64,000 nucleotides of DNA, from the NCBI RefSeq assembly GCF_037042905.1, contig NC_087251.1, positions 8,310,001 through 8,374,000 on the forward strand, in the 5' to 3' direction. The stretch is from Lytechinus pictus. Its lineage: Eukaryota. The translations under genes and the position numbers were made by a program. The notes beneath the pieces are model-generated. The model had not been told where the DNA came from and searched no databases. It saw only the letters and a program-made list of their open reading frames with translations. Shown one piece after another: positions 61,008-64,000 of this stretch (position 1 is its first letter; each line of letters opens with the position of its first letter).

Positions 61008-62240
61008 TTAATCTTACATACACCTCTCTGTATTACCTTACTATCAGGAAAACAACATAACTTCTAACATATATGAACCATATTCTTTCAAAATATTTCA
61101 AAATAAAAGCATCTTGGATCATGGCACTTAAAATATATTAGACAGCTCAAGCACGCTGTCAACACAAATCCATATTTCTGAATGGTATTACTTTCTCCAG
61201 ACAAGAAATTACACACAACTACTTAGATGTATTGTCCTTGCACCATCATTTGGTGAAGATAAACAAACATCACATGGTTTCTATTACCTCCACCCAGGCA
61301 ATTCAACAATTGAGGTTGCATTGTGGGTAATAGATGTACAAACATGGACCCTTTGTCATGAAACTCATCAATGAAAAATTACAATCTGCTGTTACAAGCT
61401 ACTGCATCCAACTTCTTTGATTCGTAGTGAACAAATTTGTCGCAGAATTATAGTAGTGTTATTGATAACAAGCTCGATCAAACAAGGAACTGGACATTCT
61501 GAGAAGCAAGTGATAATAGGTGAATCTACATGACAAGTAGTCTCAATAAAATACCCTGTCTTTTAAATCATAATCACAAGTGTAAAGGACTACAAACCAT
61601 TGCAGTAATCTGATTGAACTCAGATGCTGTTAGAAATAACTAATATTGAACAATAAAGGCATGTCCAGACATGGTGTCATGATGATCAGCATTATTTTGT
61701 GTACAAGGTCAATGGGATATTAGGTGGCCAAACATTGCATAAGTCTTTTGTCACCATTCCGCCTCCCCCCCCAAAAAAAAAAAAACAAAGATTAGGAGGA
61801 CTAATCAAATTCTCTAAAAGTTTGACAACAGAATTTGGCTAAATTTGTATAGACCAAACTCATGACCAAATACAACATAAACATCATACAACATGACCAA
61901 TGATGTCATAACTGATTTTTCAAGACTTGAAGATCTGTGTGTTACTACCAGCTCCGGTGGAGCAACTTGTCTAGGCCATGAACACTAAAAAAAATAAAAT
62001 AAAATAAAAAAAATGATTGCTGAGCTTTGTTGAACAAAATATTTTCCAGAGGGCTAACTTCTTGTACTCTCAAATATATGTTCCAAACCTTTTTTTTTGG
62101 CACATAAAAAATTATATAGATAAGTCTTTGATGAGAACAATCATTGGGTTCTTAAAATGACTTGACTCGTTTAAGTATAATTCATTCTACCGCTAGTGCC
62201 AAATGTTTAGTTTATCAGTAATGTGCAGGGAAATAGACTA

Positions 62241-62977
62241 CAGTCCAACCTCTCTTATCCGGCCTCCCCTTATCCGGACGCACACTTGCCGAGATTATTT
62301 TTCAATTCAATCTAGTACGTGAGGAAATGAGATTTCAATCTCAAATCAATCCTATACGCAAACTCACTTTGATTACATATATTTTCCAATATAGTCTACA
62401 TACAACATTATTTTTCATGAAAATATCTCACCCAAATCATCGAAAGAACTTAGGCAGGATAATTTTCCAGTAAATCAGGGCGCAGCGCAAACATTTCATC
62501 ACATTCTCTTTTTGTTTCCTGGGAAAAACAACACATGCCTTGCTAGCTAACACTTGGCCTCAATACGGACAGCGCCATCTATCATGTTTGAGCCAACAGT
62601 CATAACAAAGGCTGACATTGCGAAGCTGCGATACCCGCCGCGATGATCTAATTGTAAAACTTTGTTTCATCAAGTCATTCTCTTTCTTTCGAGATATGCT
62701 CGATGTATACCTCAACCATTTAAGCAGGTAAATGATCCAACAGTTTTGGCCATCGATCGATTTCATTTCCGTAGAAATACCGCCTATAATTTGCACTGAT
62801 ACTGCAGTGAATACTGTTTGTACGCACACCCACTACAATAGATAACGTGTAGCTACCGCAGTTGGGGAGCTGAGGCAGCAGCTGCGTGTATTTAATATTG
62901 GGTCTCCCAAATCTGGATAAATCCCTTATCCGGATTGGTGCTGGTCCCAACGTGTCCAGATAAGAGAGGTCGGACTG
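62241..62977. mobile_element. pogo/Tc1-mariner-like MITE copy 2
   Basis: CAGTCCAACCTCTCTTATCCGG...CCAGATAAGAGAGGTCGGACTG. Confidence 0.8.
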
Positions 62978-64000
62978 TCGTTTTAATAATTTTATATAGC
63001 GAATGGTGTACTACATTAACCCATCTGATCAAGTATTCTTACAAAGAATTTTGTTTTTCTATGCAAAAATGAATTCATGCAGTCACAATGTCTAGCTATC
63101 AATAGAAAGCTACCAACAGAGCTTTTTAAGACCATAAAATGCTTACCAAAGGAACATATATTTCTGATGAATGGCCTTTGCTTACTTGATTGGTGAATCT
63201 TGTTTCTATGGTATTCAATTAACCTACATATTACTGACAAAATCCTTTTATTTCTGCTTTGGAAAACTTATTATTTTTTTACAAATGATTTAGATAATTC
63301 AGTCAAATAATTGAATTGAGTGAATTAGTAAAATAAATATATTTGACAAATATTTATAAATAACAATTAATATGTATATAAATTGTATCCCTTTCCATGC
63401 CATACAAAGAAGATTACTCTCTGATGCTTTATTAACCCTATAATGTATCTACTGTAATAGAAATTACAAAAAAATAATAATTTAATAAACTATATCATTC
63501 CTTCAACACTACGAATCCTGGTCACATACATAACCAATGACATGATGTTAAAAAAAGAATATGTATGATAAGTCTGGAAATAATTCAATCTATCTGTACA
63601 GATAATTAAACACAATACAAACTCTTAAAAATTTTGGGTCAATTACTGCTAAATTACGTCAATGATAACAAAAAAAAAACATAAAACAATTTTTTTTTTA
63701 ATGGCACCGAACCCAATTGACCTAATACTCATCAAAATGTAAATGAAATGGGTCTTGAGTGTAGGTTTAGGGATTCAATTTGTTTTGAGGCACAGACAAA
63801 TTTGCATTTTCAACAGAGTAATCTGTCCTAACTACTGAGCTGTTTATAGGGGTACAATAAGAAACCCCCTAAAATATTACCCATCAACTGCAAAAGAAAA
63901 GAAACTACCACAGGAGGTTTGGATGAAGGAATATAAAAGATGTCTCCCATAGGAGTAAATATGTAACAGGTAAAACAGGAAACTTTTCAATGTTTAAGTA

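Overview
AT-rich animal genomic DNA, not prokaryotic. The repeat landscape suggests an echinoderm such as a sea urchin (inference). One intact protein-coding gene spans 7500-53985 (+). Its eight GT-AG coding exons join in phase into a 390-aa secreted proteinase K/PCSK9-like S8A subtilase: signal peptide, I9-type prodomain, intact Asp/His/Ser triad plus oxyanion Asn, and no C-terminal Cys/His-rich domain. Six of its seven coding introns match human PCSK9 introns in position and phase (PCSK9 positions recalled, not computed). The introns are packed with nested mobile DNA. This includes five copies of a Helentron-associated (HINE/DINE-1-like) element whose ~160-bp repeats carry clustered AGGTCA half-sites, and a non-autonomous LTR element with a decayed protease-like plus acidic-repeat ORF. 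That LTR element is split by a TU/foldback-type element and holds further nested elements. There is also a 1.7-kb palindrome, many MITEs with readable TIRs/TSDs, SINE and LINE fragments and several satellites. No CRISPR array, rRNA or intact tRNA gene was seen. All coordinates were read by eye.
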